A stretch of DNA of 64,000 bases from Patescibacteria group bacterium (lineage in GTDB: Bacteria > Patescibacteriota > Patescibacteriia > JAHJFT01). The DNA lies in contig JAQTTB010000001.1 in assembly GCA_028710985.1 (NCBI GenBank), positions 523,014-587,013 on the forward strand. Reading direction: 5' to 3'. The notes below the pieces were generated by a model. The model did not search any database. It saw only the letters and a program-made list of their open reading frames with translations, and had not been told where the DNA came from. The position numbers were made by a program, and so were the translations under genes. Every line of letters begins with the position of its first letter. The first letter of the stretch is position 1. Positions 1-10,180 of this stretch are shown here, piece after piece.

Positions 1-276
1 TACATCGTTATCGCGTTCTGCGTTCTTTGGGTGACGATTTTTCTCTGCTGGGTTATTTATTATGTCGCCATGATCTTGCGCCAGGCCCATAGCTTAATGA
101 ACGAGCTCAAAGAAAAAATGCAGGCCATTGACGACGCAATTCGCGGCGTCCGTGAAAAGATTGAGCATTCTTCGGTGCATCTCGCTCTGATTGCCGACGG
201 CGCACGCTATCTTGTTAAATATTTTACCGAGAATAAAGAATCTAAAAGAACAAAAAAGACAAAGATAGAAATATAA
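1..276 (+). CDS. Hypothetical membrane-anchored coiled-coil protein. It is probably 5-prime partial, because the reading frame is open from window position 1.
   Basis: Frame +1 is open from base 1 and encodes a hydrophobic N-terminal segment followed by a charged coiled-coil-like tail. No homology was recognised. Confidence 0.35.
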   Translation, partial: YIVIAFCVLWVTIFLCWVIYYVAMILRQAHSLMNELKEKMQAIDDAIRGVREKIEHSSVHLALIADGARYLVKYFTENKESKRTKKTKIEI

Positions 277-301
277 TAGGAGGGTCCGATGAAAAATAAT
301 T

Positions 302-3300
302 ATGAAATTCGTACACCTGCACACGCACTCCCATTATTCTCTTCTTGACGGTCTTGGAAAAATTCCCGCTTTGGTTAGTCGGGCCAAGGAGCTTGGTATG
401 CCGGCACTCGCACTAACCGATCATGGCGCCATGTACGGCGCTATTGAATTTTATACGACCTGCCGGAAAGAGGGAATTAAGCCGATTATCGGCGTCGAGG
501 CTTATGTTGCGCCGAACCGCCGCTTTGATAAGCGGCCCAGAATTGATGACGGCGCGTTCCATCTCGTTCTGCTTGCCGAAACGCTTGAGGGATACAAAAA
601 TCTTCTGCGGCTAACCTCAAAGGCATATCTTGAGGGATTTTATTATCGGCCGCGCATGGACAAAGAAATTTTGCGGGAGTATTCACGCGGAATAATTGCG
701 TCAACCGCTTGTCTGGGCGGTCAGATACCGCGCGCTCTTATGGCCGAACGCTTTGAAGACGCGGAGAACCTGGTTACCGAATATAAATCAATTTTCGGGG
801 CAGATAATTTTTTTCTTGAGCTTCAGGACCACCCCGAATTGCCGGAATACGAAATTTTAAATCCGCGCATCATGGATCTCGCCAAAGCGACCGGCACCCC
901 ACTTATCGCCACTAAAGACATTCATTACGTTTATCCCGACGATCGCCAGGCACAGGATCTGCTGACTTGCGTGCAGACCGGTAAGACCGTAAATGACACG
1001 GACCGCCTCAACATGGCCAACCATGACGCCTCGATGACATCGCCCGAGCACATGGCCGAGGCCTTTGCTCACGTTCCCGAAGCGATTGAGAATACCGTGA
1101 AAATCGCCGAGCGCTGCAATGTGGAAATTCCGCTCGGCGGCAACATTCTTCCGGTTTTTCACGTGCCGACCGGCGAATCCGACAACGCCTATCTGCGCCG
1201 TCTTTGCGAAAAGGGACTTGGGGATCGCTTTCCCGTCGCCGGACCGGAAATCCGCGAACGGCTTGAGTACGAGCTTAGCACTATTGAACGAATGGGTTTT
1301 GCCTCGTATTTCCTGATTGTTTCGGATTTTGTGAACTGGGCCAAGGATCGAGGCATTATGGTCGGCCCGGGCCGCGGCTCGGCCGCCGGTTCGATCGTAT
1401 CGTATGTTTTAAAAATTACCGACATCGATCCATTGCGCTACGGCCTGCTGTTTGAAAGATTTTTGAATCCGGACCGCATTTCCATGCCGGATATCGACCT
1501 TGATTTTGCCGATGACCGCCGCGGCGAGGTGATTGAGTACGTCGTGAAAAAATACGGCAGCGACAATGTCGCTGGAATCATTACCTTCGGGACAATGGCC
1601 TCGCGCGCTGCGGTGCGCGATGTTGGCCGCGTCCTCGGCTGGCCGTACGGAGAAGTTGATCGCATTGCCAAACTCATCCCGCCGCCGATTCAGGGTAAGC
1701 ATATTCCGCTCGTGAAATCAGTCAAGGAAAATCCCGAGCTCCGCGCTGTCTACGAGGGAGACGCGCGTGTCAAAGAGCTTCTCGATCTCTCCATGAAACT
1801 CGAGGGGACCGTGCGCCACGCGTCCCAGCACGCCTGCGGCATCGTTATTTCCGACAAGCCGCTCACTGAATATGTGCCTCTCCAGGCGGTGCCGGATGGC
1901 GACATTGATCGGGTTACTCAGTATTCGCTCCATCCGATTGAGGATATCGGTCTTCTGAAGATGGACTTCTTGGGGCTCGCGAACCTGACCATCATTCAGA
2001 ACGCGTTGGATATCATCGGCGCGGTTTATCACGAAAAAATTGATATCGAAAAAATTCCTCTGGATGATAAGAAGGCATTCGAACTTCTCGGTCGCGGCGA
2101 AACGACGGGTGTGTTTCAGCTTGAGTCAGACGGCATGAAACGCTACATCAAAGAGCTTAAACCCACGGAAATGGAAGATATTATCGCCATGGTTGCGCTC
2201 TACCGCCCGGGCCCGATGCAATGGATTGACAGTTTCATCCGGCGCAAGCACGGTAAGGAGCGGATTGAATATGAGCATCCGCTGATGGAGAACGCGCTCA
2301 AGAACACATACGGCATTCCGGTTTATCAAGAACAGGTCATGCAGGTTTCAAAAGATATGGCCGGGTTTACCGGCGGCGAGGCCGATACTCTGCGCAAGGC
2401 CATGGGAAAGAAGATTGCCGCGCTCATGAAGGAGATGAAGGATAAATTTATCAAGGGCGCGGTCAAGCAGGGCGTGGCGCGTGACAAAGCCGACAAGGTA
2501 TTTACGCGTCTTGAAGACTTCGCGGCATACGGTTTTAACAAGTCGCACGCCACCTGCTATGCCATGATCGCTTATCGCACCGCGTTTCTCAAGGCGCGTT
2601 ATCCCAATTGTTTTATGGCCGCGCTCATGAATTCCGATTCCCAGAATATCGACCGCATCACCATTGAAGTCGATGAGTGTCGCAAGATGGGGCTGGAGGT
2701 CCTGCCGCCGGATGTTAATGAGTCATTTGGAAAATTTGCCATTGTGCCTAATACCAATAAAATTCGCTGGGGCCTTTCGGCAATCAAAAATCTCGGTGAA
2801 GATATCGTTAAGACAATTGTTCACGAAAGAAAAGCGAACGGCAATTTCCGCGACCTTGAAGATTTTATTTCACGCATCAATACAAAGAATTTTAACAAAA
2901 AATCCCTGGAATCGCTTATCCGCTCCGGCGCGCTTGATTTGTTCGGCGAGCGGAACCAGCTTTTGCAGAATATCGAAATACTTTTGGAATTTCATCGTGG
3001 CATTCAGAAAGAGATTGAAAGCGGCCAGTCCAGTCTCTTTGCCGGGTCGCCCGAGGTCGGCCGGTCAAGGCTCACCCTGCGTCCTGTCCCCGCCGCGCCA
3101 AAGAGAGAGCGTCTGCAGTGGGAGAGAGAACTATTGGGCCTTTACGTCACTGAACATCCGTTTCGCGAGCTCGAGGAGGCGCTCGGTGATGCGATTACAA
3201 GGCTTTCTGAGCTTGCGCACCGGCGCGAGGGATTCGTGAAAATTGGCGGCGTGCTTACAACGATGAAAAAAATCCTGACGAGAAAAAATGAAACCATGCT

Positions 3301-3769
3301 GTTTGCAAGAATTGAGGACACATCCGGAGATATTGAACTTATTATTTTTCCCAATACCTACCGTGATTTTAGCGCCGTTTGGCAGGCGGATAACACGATA
3401 ATCGTTTCCGGAAAAATTTCGGACAAAGATGGGGAACCGAAAGTAATAGTGAACAGCGCCTGCTCCGCGGATAAGGAAAATTGCATGCAGGCGCTTTCCA
3501 TTCTGGAAAACGGCGCCGGCTGGGCGCCGTCCGCGGCTTCTCTTTCGCGCGCGGTGCAGATCGAGATCCCGGGGAGTGCCGCTGGCGAAACTATGGCCCG
3601 GCTCAAGGAGGTACTTCTTGCGTATCCGGGCGGAGAGCGGGTGCGGCTCATAATTGGCAGCGGATACGCGGCCAAAAAAATCGAGCCCGATATTCGCGTG
3701 GATTATTCCGCCGGGCTTGTCGAGGCGGTTGGCGGCCTGCTCGGGCCCGAGAGTATTCGCATGGCGTAG
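302..3769 (+). CDS. dnaE: DNA polymerase III alpha subunit
   Basis: 1155 aa. The N-terminal PHP domain reads HLHTHSHYSLLDG...LALTDHGAMYGAIEFY. Central polymerase motifs FERFLNPDRISMPDIDLDF and C-terminal OB-fold region are present. An AGGAGGG RBS lies upstream. Confidence 0.95.
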   Translation: MKFVHLHTHSHYSLLDGLGKIPALVSRAKELGMPALALTDHGAMYGAIEFYTTCRKEGIKPIIGVEAYVAPNRRFDKRPRIDDGAFHLVLLAETLEGYKNLLRLTSKAYLEGFYYRPRMDKEILREYSRGIIASTACLGGQIPRALMAERFEDAENLVTEYKSIFGADNFFLELQDHPELPEYEILNPRIMDLAKATGTPLIATKDIHYVYPDDRQAQDLLTCVQTGKTVNDTDRLNMANHDASMTSPEHMAEAFAHVPEAIENTVKIAERCNVEIPLGGNILPVFHVPTGESDNAYLRRLCEKGLGDRFPVAGPEIRERLEYELSTIERMGFASYFLIVSDFVNWAKDRGIMVGPGRGSAAGSIVSYVLKITDIDPLRYGLLFERFLNPDRISMPDIDLDFADDRRGEVIEYVVKKYGSDNVAGIITFGTMASRAAVRDVGRVLGWPYGEVDRIAKLIPPPIQGKHIPLVKSVKENPELRAVYEGDARVKELLDLSMKLEGTVRHASQHACGIVISDKPLTEYVPLQAVPDGDIDRVTQYSLHPIEDIGLLKMDFLGLANLTIIQNALDIIGAVYHEKIDIEKIPLDDKKAFELLGRGETTGVFQLESDGMKRYIKELKPTEMEDIIAMVALYRPGPMQWIDSFIRRKHGKERIEYEHPLMENALKNTYGIPVYQEQVMQVSKDMAGFTGGEADTLRKAMGKKIAALMKEMKDKFIKGAVKQGVARDKADKVFTRLEDFAAYGFNKSHATCYAMIAYRTAFLKARYPNCFMAALMNSDSQNIDRITIEVDECRKMGLEVLPPDVNESFGKFAIVPNTNKIRWGLSAIKNLGEDIVKTIVHERKANGNFRDLEDFISRINTKNFNKKSLESLIRSGALDLFGERNQLLQNIEILLEFHRGIQKEIESGQSSLFAGSPEVGRSRLTLRPVPAAPKRERLQWERELLGLYVTEHPFRELEEALGDAITRLSELAHRREGFVKIGGVLTTMKKILTRKNETMLFARIEDTSGDIELIIFPNTYRDFSAVWQADNTIIVSGKISDKDGEPKVIVNSACSADKENCMQALSILENGAGWAPSAASLSRAVQIEIPGSAAGETMARLKEVLLAYPGGERVRLIIGSGYAAKKIEPDIRVDYSAGLVEAVGGLLGPESIRMA

Positions 3770-3825
3770 GTGTTTTTTTAATGTAAAAATGGTATAATAT
3801 TACACACAAATAAAAACACAATTTT

Positions 3826-5019
3826 ATGATACAAGACACTCAAAAACGCCAGGTGACGCGTAAGCCAGTCGCCCATATCGTAAAACAGCGTCCGCCCGCG
3901 GTACGCCTGTACCGCCGGATTGCTATCAGTTTTTTGATTCTGACAATTTTATTACTCGCCTTGGTGGCCTATCTTTCATTCTCTAGCGCCCATATTAAGA
4001 TATTCACGGCCGCCGAAACTGCAAGCGCTGAGTTTGTGGCCGACATCGTCAAGGTGGCGAGCGCGCCTAATCAGGTTGAGGGTAGGATCGTTGAGCGAAT
4101 ATTTGAAAAATCAAAAGAATTTACGCCGTCGGGCGAAGGCAAGACAACGCCAGCCAAGGCCGGCGGGGAAGTAACCATTATTAATAAATATAATAAAGAT
4201 CAGGCGCTCATTGCGACGACGCGTCTTCAGGCGACGGACGGAAAAATTTTTCGTATCGATAAGAGCGTCGTTGTACCGGCCGGCGGCGAGATAAAGGCGA
4301 CTGCTCATGCCGACAAAGAGGGCGCGGAATATGAAATCGGGCCGTCTCATTTCATTATCCCCGGGCTCTGGGAAGGGTTGCGTGACAAGATCTATGCCGA
4401 ATCCGCTTCTCCGATGACCGGCGGAACCGTAACTTTGAAAGTAGTGAGCGCCGACGATCTCACTCGCGCCGAGTCGGAGCTTGCAAGTGAAATATTAGAG
4501 CAGGTCAAGGCCGATTTAATCAGCGAGAACGCGGATCCGCGTTTCTCCAAACCGGTTTTTTCAATTGAAACGTTGGAAAAAGTTTCAGACACAATTCCTG
4601 GGCAGGAGGCTGACAAATTCACAATCAAGCTTAAGGTCAAGGTTATTGCGGTTTTCTATAATGCCGAACAAATGGACGGCGTGATGGCGTCCAAACTAGA
4701 GGAGGCCATGGATAGTGATCACACGCTCGGTGACATCATGGAAGACAGTATTATCTTCACGATTGGCCGCTATGATTCATCAACCGGAATTGTTAATCTC
4801 GCAGTGAGCGCGTTCGGCGAGGCGCGCCTCAAAGAGAACAGCCGGCTTTTGGACAAGCGGAAAATTACCGGCCTTGGCGTGGATGACGCTAAAAAGTATC
4901 TTATGAGTTCGCCGTCAATTGAGAATGTCGAAATTTCCTCAAGCCCGTTCTGGCTCAAGCGCGTCCCGAATTTGGAAGATCATATTGAATATGAAATAAT
5001 TTATGGAGGGACTGAATAA
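3826..5019 (+). CDS. Hypothetical membrane-anchored protein with one N-terminal TM helix and an extracytoplasmic domain.
   Basis: 397-aa ORF with a single N-terminal hydrophobic helix (ISFLILTILLLALVAYLSF). No recognised domain. Confidence 0.5.
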   Translation: MIQDTQKRQVTRKPVAHIVKQRPPAVRLYRRIAISFLILTILLLALVAYLSFSSAHIKIFTAAETASAEFVADIVKVASAPNQVEGRIVERIFEKSKEFTPSGEGKTTPAKAGGEVTIINKYNKDQALIATTRLQATDGKIFRIDKSVVVPAGGEIKATAHADKEGAEYEIGPSHFIIPGLWEGLRDKIYAESASPMTGGTVTLKVVSADDLTRAESELASEILEQVKADLISENADPRFSKPVFSIETLEKVSDTIPGQEADKFTIKLKVKVIAVFYNAEQMDGVMASKLEEAMDSDHTLGDIMEDSIIFTIGRYDSSTGIVNLAVSAFGEARLKENSRLLDKRKITGLGVDDAKKYLMSSPSIENVEISSSPFWLKRVPNLEDHIEYEIIYGGTE

Positions 5020-5024
5020 AAATT

Positions 5025-6818
5025 ATGGAAAAACATGACAAATTAGAAATCATGCGCCATTCGGCCGCCCATGTCATGGCCGCGGCCGTACAAAAACTTT
5101 TTCCGGATGCCAAGTTCGGCATCGGTCCGGTAATTGAGTGCGGTTTTTATTATGATTTTGACATCAGAGAGAATCTCACGCCCGAACATTTGGAGAAGAT
5201 AGAGAAAGAGATGGAGAAGATTATTAAAGAAAAAATTGAGTTTGAGCGCGAGGAAATGGATATCGAATCAGCTATCAATCTGTTCAAAAAACTTGGCCAG
5301 GATTACAAAGTTGAGCTTCTCCGCGATATCAAAGAGAAGGGCACTACGAAATTCAAATCCAGCGAAGAGCAGGAGCTCGTGCAGGAAGGAGAAAAAATTT
5401 CAATTTACCGCACCGGCGATTTCGTTGATCTCTGCCGCGGCCCTCATGTCAAAAATACTGGTGAAATAAAAGTCTTCAAACTTCTGAATCTTGCCGGAGC
5501 CTATTGGCGCGGTTCGGAAAAGAACCCCATGCTCCAGCGCATTTACGCCACGGCCTGGGAAAAACAGAAAGATCTGGACGAGTATCTTCGCGTCCAGGAA
5601 GAGGCCACCAAGCGCGACCACCGCAAGCTCGGCAAAGAGCTGGATATTTTCATATTCAACGAAAACATCGGCAAGGGCCTGCCTCTCTTATTGCCGAACG
5701 GCCGCGTTCTACGCGATGAGATTCTTAAGCTCGAGCGCGAGATTGAAGACACAGTCGGCTTTGAAAGGGTCTGGACTCCGCAAATCGCGAAAAGTGATCT
5801 CTACAAGCTCACTGGTCACTGGGACCATTATCAAGACACCATGTTTCCAGCTTTCGGCATGGAGGACGAAACCTACGTGCTCCGGCCGATGAACTGCCCG
5901 CATCACTACATGATTTATAAAAACAAGCCGCACAGCTACCGCGAACTGCCGCTGCGCATCACCGAAGACGGAACCTGCTATCGTTTTGAAAAATCCGGTG
6001 AACTCGGCGGACTCGCGCGCGTGCGCTGCCTTACAATTGATGACGCCCACATTTTTATTATGCCGAGCCAGATTGAAGAAGAATACCCGCGCCTCATCGG
6101 CATGGCGAAAAAGATGTTTGATGCGTTCCAACTCAAAGACTATTATGTCCGGCTTTCCACGCACGATCCGGAGAACACGGAAAAATATATTTCCGACCAG
6201 AATACCTGGAACAAGGCCGAAGCCCTGCTGGAAAAAATCGTCAAAGCGAATAACATCAAGTATGTTATCGGCAAGGGCGAAGCCGCCTTCTACGGGCCAA
6301 AGCTCGATTTCATCGTTCACGACGCCATCGGCCGCGAATGGCAGATGTCCACGCTTCAGATCGATTTCTTCATGGCCGAGCGGCTTGGCATGACTTATAT
6401 TGATGATAAGGGACAAGACGCTTATCCCATCATCATTCACCGTGGGTTCACCGGTTCACTTGAGCGCACCATCGCCATGCTGATTGAGCATTTCAGCGGC
6501 GCTTTTCCGGTCTGGCTCGCACCGGTTCAGGTGAAACTCATACCGGTCGGAGCCGGGCACATTGATTTTTGCGCCGCTTTGCACAAAGAATTTTTATCCC
6601 TGGGCATTCGTTCGCGCGTTGATGATGCCAATGAAACCGTGGGCAATAAAATCCGCAAGGCGGAAAAAGAAAAAGTACCCTACATGCTCGTGGTCGGGGA
6701 TAAAGAAATGAGCGGAGAAGAAATGACCGTCCGCGTTCGGGGAGAAAAGGACCAGATCAAGATGGCCAAGCCGGAATTTACAGAAAAAATCCTCGGCGAG
6801 ATAAAGAACCGGACATAA
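5025..6818 (+). CDS. thrS: Threonyl-tRNA synthetase (short N-terminus)
   Basis: 597 aa. The N-terminal editing/second-additional-domain motif HSAAHVMAAAVQKLFP is followed by a class II aaRS core and a C-terminal anticodon-binding domain. Confidence 0.9.
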   Translation: MEKHDKLEIMRHSAAHVMAAAVQKLFPDAKFGIGPVIECGFYYDFDIRENLTPEHLEKIEKEMEKIIKEKIEFEREEMDIESAINLFKKLGQDYKVELLRDIKEKGTTKFKSSEEQELVQEGEKISIYRTGDFVDLCRGPHVKNTGEIKVFKLLNLAGAYWRGSEKNPMLQRIYATAWEKQKDLDEYLRVQEEATKRDHRKLGKELDIFIFNENIGKGLPLLLPNGRVLRDEILKLEREIEDTVGFERVWTPQIAKSDLYKLTGHWDHYQDTMFPAFGMEDETYVLRPMNCPHHYMIYKNKPHSYRELPLRITEDGTCYRFEKSGELGGLARVRCLTIDDAHIFIMPSQIEEEYPRLIGMAKKMFDAFQLKDYYVRLSTHDPENTEKYISDQNTWNKAEALLEKIVKANNIKYVIGKGEAAFYGPKLDFIVHDAIGREWQMSTLQIDFFMAERLGMTYIDDKGQDAYPIIIHRGFTGSLERTIAMLIEHFSGAFPVWLAPVQVKLIPVGAGHIDFCAALHKEFLSLGIRSRVDDANETVGNKIRKAEKEKVPYMLVVGDKEMSGEEMTVRVRGEKDQIKMAKPEFTEKILGEIKNRT

Positions 6819-6842
6819 ATTATAAGCGTGTAAAAATATTCT

Positions 6843-6922
6843 GTAGGGGCAGGCCTTGTGCCTGCCCTGTTTTAATGCCGTCTAAAATAGGCGACCGCAA
6901 GGGTCGCCCCTACAGCCTCTTG
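6843..6922. repeat. Composite palindromic element. It is bounded by CTGTAGGGGC / GCCCCTACAG inverted repeats and encloses two internal hairpins.
   Basis: Read directly: ctgtaggggcaggccttgtgcctgccc...ggcgaccgcaagggtcgcccctacag. It shares the GTAGGGGC motif with the palindromes at 26.6-28.5 kb. Confidence 0.5.
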
Positions 6923-6973
6923 ACATTTTGGCTAAATTATGGTAAATTGGCCTGTTCCGAATAGGAGGACGCC

Positions 6974-7381
6974 ATGGATTCTGTCAACTCGCCTCCGGTC
7001 GTGGATTCCGTATCTCCGGCTGATTTAGAAGACGGCATTGCCGAAGCCTCGCTCACCATAGTGCCCAAGACCGTGCCGGTCGCGGACCGCAAGCTCATTC
7101 TGGTGATTGACCGCGGCTTGGACAGTCTGCCGGTTTCCGAGCTTTCCAAGCTCGAGATCACGTTTGAGTTCCGGAGCCAGGTCCAGGATTTCCGCGTTAA
7201 GGAAGTCTGGGACGGCCTGCCCTACTACCTCGAGCTTGAACCCGTAGATGCGCCGCTTTACACGGCGCTGCTCGAGGATCCCAACTCAACCACCATGGTT
7301 CCGGAGATAATCTTCTCCCACCAGTGCGGGGAAATGTTCACCAAACCCAACAGCCGCTGTCATCGCGAACTTCTTGACTGA
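6974..7381 (+). CDS. Hypothetical protein
   Basis: 135-aa ORF with an AGGAGG RBS 6 nt upstream and a TTGACA-17-TAAATT promoter upstream. A terminator follows. Confidence 0.45.
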   Translation: MDSVNSPPVVDSVSPADLEDGIAEASLTIVPKTVPVADRKLILVIDRGLDSLPVSELSKLEITFEFRSQVQDFRVKEVWDGLPYYLELEPVDAPLYTALLEDPNSTTMVPEIIFSHQCGEMFTKPNSRCHRELLD

Positions 7382-7410
7382 ACCCACTCCGGGTTCGTCT
7401 TTTTTTAATC

Positions 7411-7446
7411 AAAAAACGCCCCGAGCTTATCGAGGGGCGTTTTTCA
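7411..7446. terminator. Bidirectional rho-independent terminator (aaacgccccgagcttatcgaggggcgttttt)
   Basis: A GC-rich perfect hairpin flanked by A-run and T-run, lying between convergent genes. Confidence 0.6.
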
Positions 7447-7454
7447 ATTTATAA

Positions 7455-8744
7455 TTAATGTACCAGCATCGCTCCGGCCGTGGAATCATCCTGCTTGGCC
7501 CGTTCCTGTGCCAGCTTGTCGGTCCGCACAATATTTTTAAGTTCCGGATACTGGTCCAGGCTCATTTTGCCCATGCGGATTTTTGATGCAACCACCAGCA
7601 TCTGGCTCATGCGGTTCGGATCGTCGGCGAATTTTTTGGCAATTTTCTCAATTTCGTCATCGAAAAGATTGTCATGAATGCCGTCGCTTGTTTCAAAAAA
7701 TACATCGCCTTTTTTCGCGTCTACGGTAAAGATTTGGGCCGCGGATTCAATGTCGGCCGCGCTCTTGGAACTGATGCCTGTGGTTTTTTCGCGGATCTCG
7801 TTGATGCTAAAGGTTGCTTTTTTTGCTCCGCCCTCTTCTGAAAAATACCCCTGCTTGATCACTCTTGGACCTTTCTCTAAGATGTCGCCAAGCACCATTT
7901 TTTTAATCGCGCCGGCCGATGGTTCAGGAAATTTTTGAGAAATAATATTATCCAGTTCTTCCAGGGTGTAGCGCGTGTCGGTTGACTGGTCATCCGGAAA
8001 AATTCCCTCGTCAATCAGAAACTGCGCCGGCGAACTGTCGCGGGTCAGGCGCTCCATCTTTCCGCCGCGGAGCCGCATCACCCGGCTGTCGCCCATGTGC
8101 GCGACTGTCACTTTTTCCTGGGGTTCTTTTTTACCAAAGCCCAGGATTCCTTTTTCGCCCGGCTGGGTCCAGCGGTGCATCATGCTGAAGGTCGCACCCA
8201 TCGCTTCAGCGCCGCGGCTTTTATCGGCCCTTAAGTCATCGCCGTGTAAGGCGGCAAAGGTCGCCATTTCTTTCTGTGAAGTAAACATGAGATTGCGCAG
8301 GCTTTCTTCAATGGTTTTTTGGTCGCCCTTGGCCGCGCTGTCGCGGAGTAGCGCGTCATGGCGCTTATAAAAATCTTTCACCGTGTCGCGGATAGTGTGC
8401 GAGGCTTCATAACCGCCCATTTGCCCGCCCATGCCGTCGGCCACCAGAACATAATTATCGCCGGCCGCGAGCGCGTCTTCGTTTTTTTCATGGTCGCCTT
8501 TCAAAGAATAAGCCGTGGCTTCGGCGGATTTTTCAATCTCCGGCGAGTTTTCGGCAATGCCAATGTCCTCGCGGATTTCTTCAATCTGCGCTTCTTCGGC
8601 CGCTCGGGCTTTGGCGCGCGCCGCTTCGGGCAGCGGGGGAGGCATTCTCCTCTTCGCGGCTTCGGGAATCGGCGGCGGGCCTTTCTTTTCAGCTTTAAAT
8701 TCCTGCGGACTATAGGATTCGAATTGTGCTCCGGTTTCCGGCAT
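7455..8744 (-). CDS. PP2C-family Ser/Thr protein phosphatase-like protein with a proline-rich N-terminus.
   Basis: 429 aa. Contains VADGMGGQMGGYEASH and HMGDSRVMRL motifs typical of PPM/PP2C catalytic domains. Confidence 0.55.
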   Translation of the reverse strand: MPETGAQFESYSPQEFKAEKKGPPPIPEAAKRRMPPPLPEAARAKARAAEEAQIEEIREDIGIAENSPEIEKSAEATAYSLKGDHEKNEDALAAGDNYVLVADGMGGQMGGYEASHTIRDTVKDFYKRHDALLRDSAAKGDQKTIEESLRNLMFTSQKEMATFAALHGDDLRADKSRGAEAMGATFSMMHRWTQPGEKGILGFGKKEPQEKVTVAHMGDSRVMRLRGGKMERLTRDSSPAQFLIDEGIFPDDQSTDTRYTLEELDNIISQKFPEPSAGAIKKMVLGDILEKGPRVIKQGYFSEEGGAKKATFSINEIREKTTGISSKSAADIESAAQIFTVDAKKGDVFFETSDGIHDNLFDDEIEKIAKKFADDPNRMSQMLVVASKIRMGKMSLDQYPELKNIVRTDKLAQERAKQDDSTAGAMLVH

Positions 8745-8805
8745 ATTGAAAATATATATTGATTATTACTACAATTTTAGCATATTTTAGGCAAAAAGTC
8801 AAGTC

Positions 8806-8834
8806 TTGAATTTTCTTTATTCCGGGGTTATAAT
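8806..8834 (+). promoter_or_regulatory. Sigma70-like promoter TTGAAT-17-TATAAT upstream of miaB
   Basis: Read directly: cttgaattttctttattccggggttataat. Confidence 0.35.
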
Positions 8835-8842
8835 CAAAATCC

Positions 8843-10180
8843 ATGACTAAACATTATCATCTCATTGCCCTGGGCTGTCAGATGAATAAATCCGATTCCG
8901 AGCGCGCTGCCGCGTTACTCGATAGTCTCGGCCTGACTCAAACTCTTCGTCCCGAAGAGGCGGATTTTATTTTGATAAATACCTGCTCGGTGCGCCAGTC
9001 GGCCGAAGACCGCGTTTATGGGCAGGTGAAGAAATTTAATAAATTAAAAATCAAAAAGCCGGGGCTCATCATTGGCGTTACCGGTTGTATGCCCGGCCGT
9101 GACAAAAGAGGGGAATTTTTTAAAAAAATGCCCGGTCTTGATTTGTATTTCCCAATTAGCGACTTGCCGCATCTTCCGGCCATGCTCCGTGCCCGGAATC
9201 CGGAAATCGGCATTCTGGAAGTTGATCCCGATTATCTCAAAATCGCGCCAAAGCATCAAAACAAGTTTAAAGCATTCATTACAATCGAGACCGGCTGTGA
9301 TAAGTACTGCGCTTACTGCGTCGTGCCGTTCGCGCGCGGCCCGGTGCGCCATCGGCTACTCAGTGACATTCTGGTTGAGGCGCGCGCTCTCGCCGCCGGC
9401 GGTTGTCTGGAAATCACCCTGCTCGGCCAGACCGTGAATAATTACATAGCCGCGGATGCGGAAAATTTTAATTCAAAAAATCCGTTCAAAGACAACTTTG
9501 CCGCTCTGCTTTGGGAGCTTAATCAAATTTCCGGGATTGAACGCATCCACTTTACCGCGGCGCATCCGAGCCACATGACCGATGAGGTGATTGCCGCGCT
9601 CGCGCTGCCGCGCCAGGCCAATTATCTCCATCTCCCGGTCCAGTCGGGGAGCAATTCGGTACTCGCGAGGATGAATCGACCATATACGCGCGAAGAGTAT
9701 ATAGAAATTATCAAAAAAGTCCGCAGCGCGCGGCCGGGGATTGCCATCGGTACGGATATCATTGTCGGATTTCCGGGCGAAACAGCCGAGGAATTTGAGG
9801 AGACTCTGAGTCTCTACCGTGAAATTGAGTTTGATATATCATACAACGCGATTTATTCGCCGCGGTCCGGCACGGCCGCGGTTAAAGCCTATGGAGACGA
9901 TGTCCCGCGCGAGGAAAAAGAGTGGCGTTGGCAGGAGCTGGAAAACACCATGCGCGAAATCACTCTGCGGAAGAATCAGGCATACGCCGGCCGCGAGGTT
10001 TCCGTGCTTGTGGATTCATGCGCCGCCGGCATTTGCCGCGGCAATTCAGCAGAAATGAAGCTGGTGAATTTTTCACACCTCGGGGATTTGACAGGCCAAA
10101 TCCGGCCTGTTATTATTGAAGTCCCTAAACTGTGGATTTTGGAAGGTAAATTGGCCCTCATTAATGATAAAAAAGAGTAA
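8843..10180 (+). CDS. miaB: tRNA-i6A37 methylthiotransferase (radical SAM)
   Basis: 445 aa. An N-terminal MTTase domain, a radical-SAM CxxxCxxC motif (CDKYCAYCVVPFARG) and a C-terminal TRAM domain are present. Confidence 0.9.
   Translation: MTKHYHLIALGCQMNKSDSERAAALLDSLGLTQTLRPEEADFILINTCSVRQSAEDRVYGQVKKFNKLKIKKPGLIIGVTGCMPGRDKRGEFFKKMPGLDLYFPISDLPHLPAMLRARNPEIGILEVDPDYLKIAPKHQNKFKAFITIETGCDKYCAYCVVPFARGPVRHRLLSDILVEARALAAGGCLEITLLGQTVNNYIAADAENFNSKNPFKDNFAALLWELNQISGIERIHFTAAHPSHMTDEVIAALALPRQANYLHLPVQSGSNSVLARMNRPYTREEYIEIIKKVRSARPGIAIGTDIIVGFPGETAEEFEETLSLYREIEFDISYNAIYSPRSGTAAVKAYGDDVPREEKEWRWQELENTMREITLRKNQAYAGREVSVLVDSCAAGICRGNSAEMKLVNFSHLGDLTGQIRPVIIEVPKLWILEGKLALINDKKE

Noticed and set aside
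302-3769. Numerous 60-250-aa ORFs on both strands inside dnaE, thrS, gyrB and other long genes
   Set aside because: All are embedded in well-supported long genes with recognisable motifs. They are composition-driven shadow ORFs.
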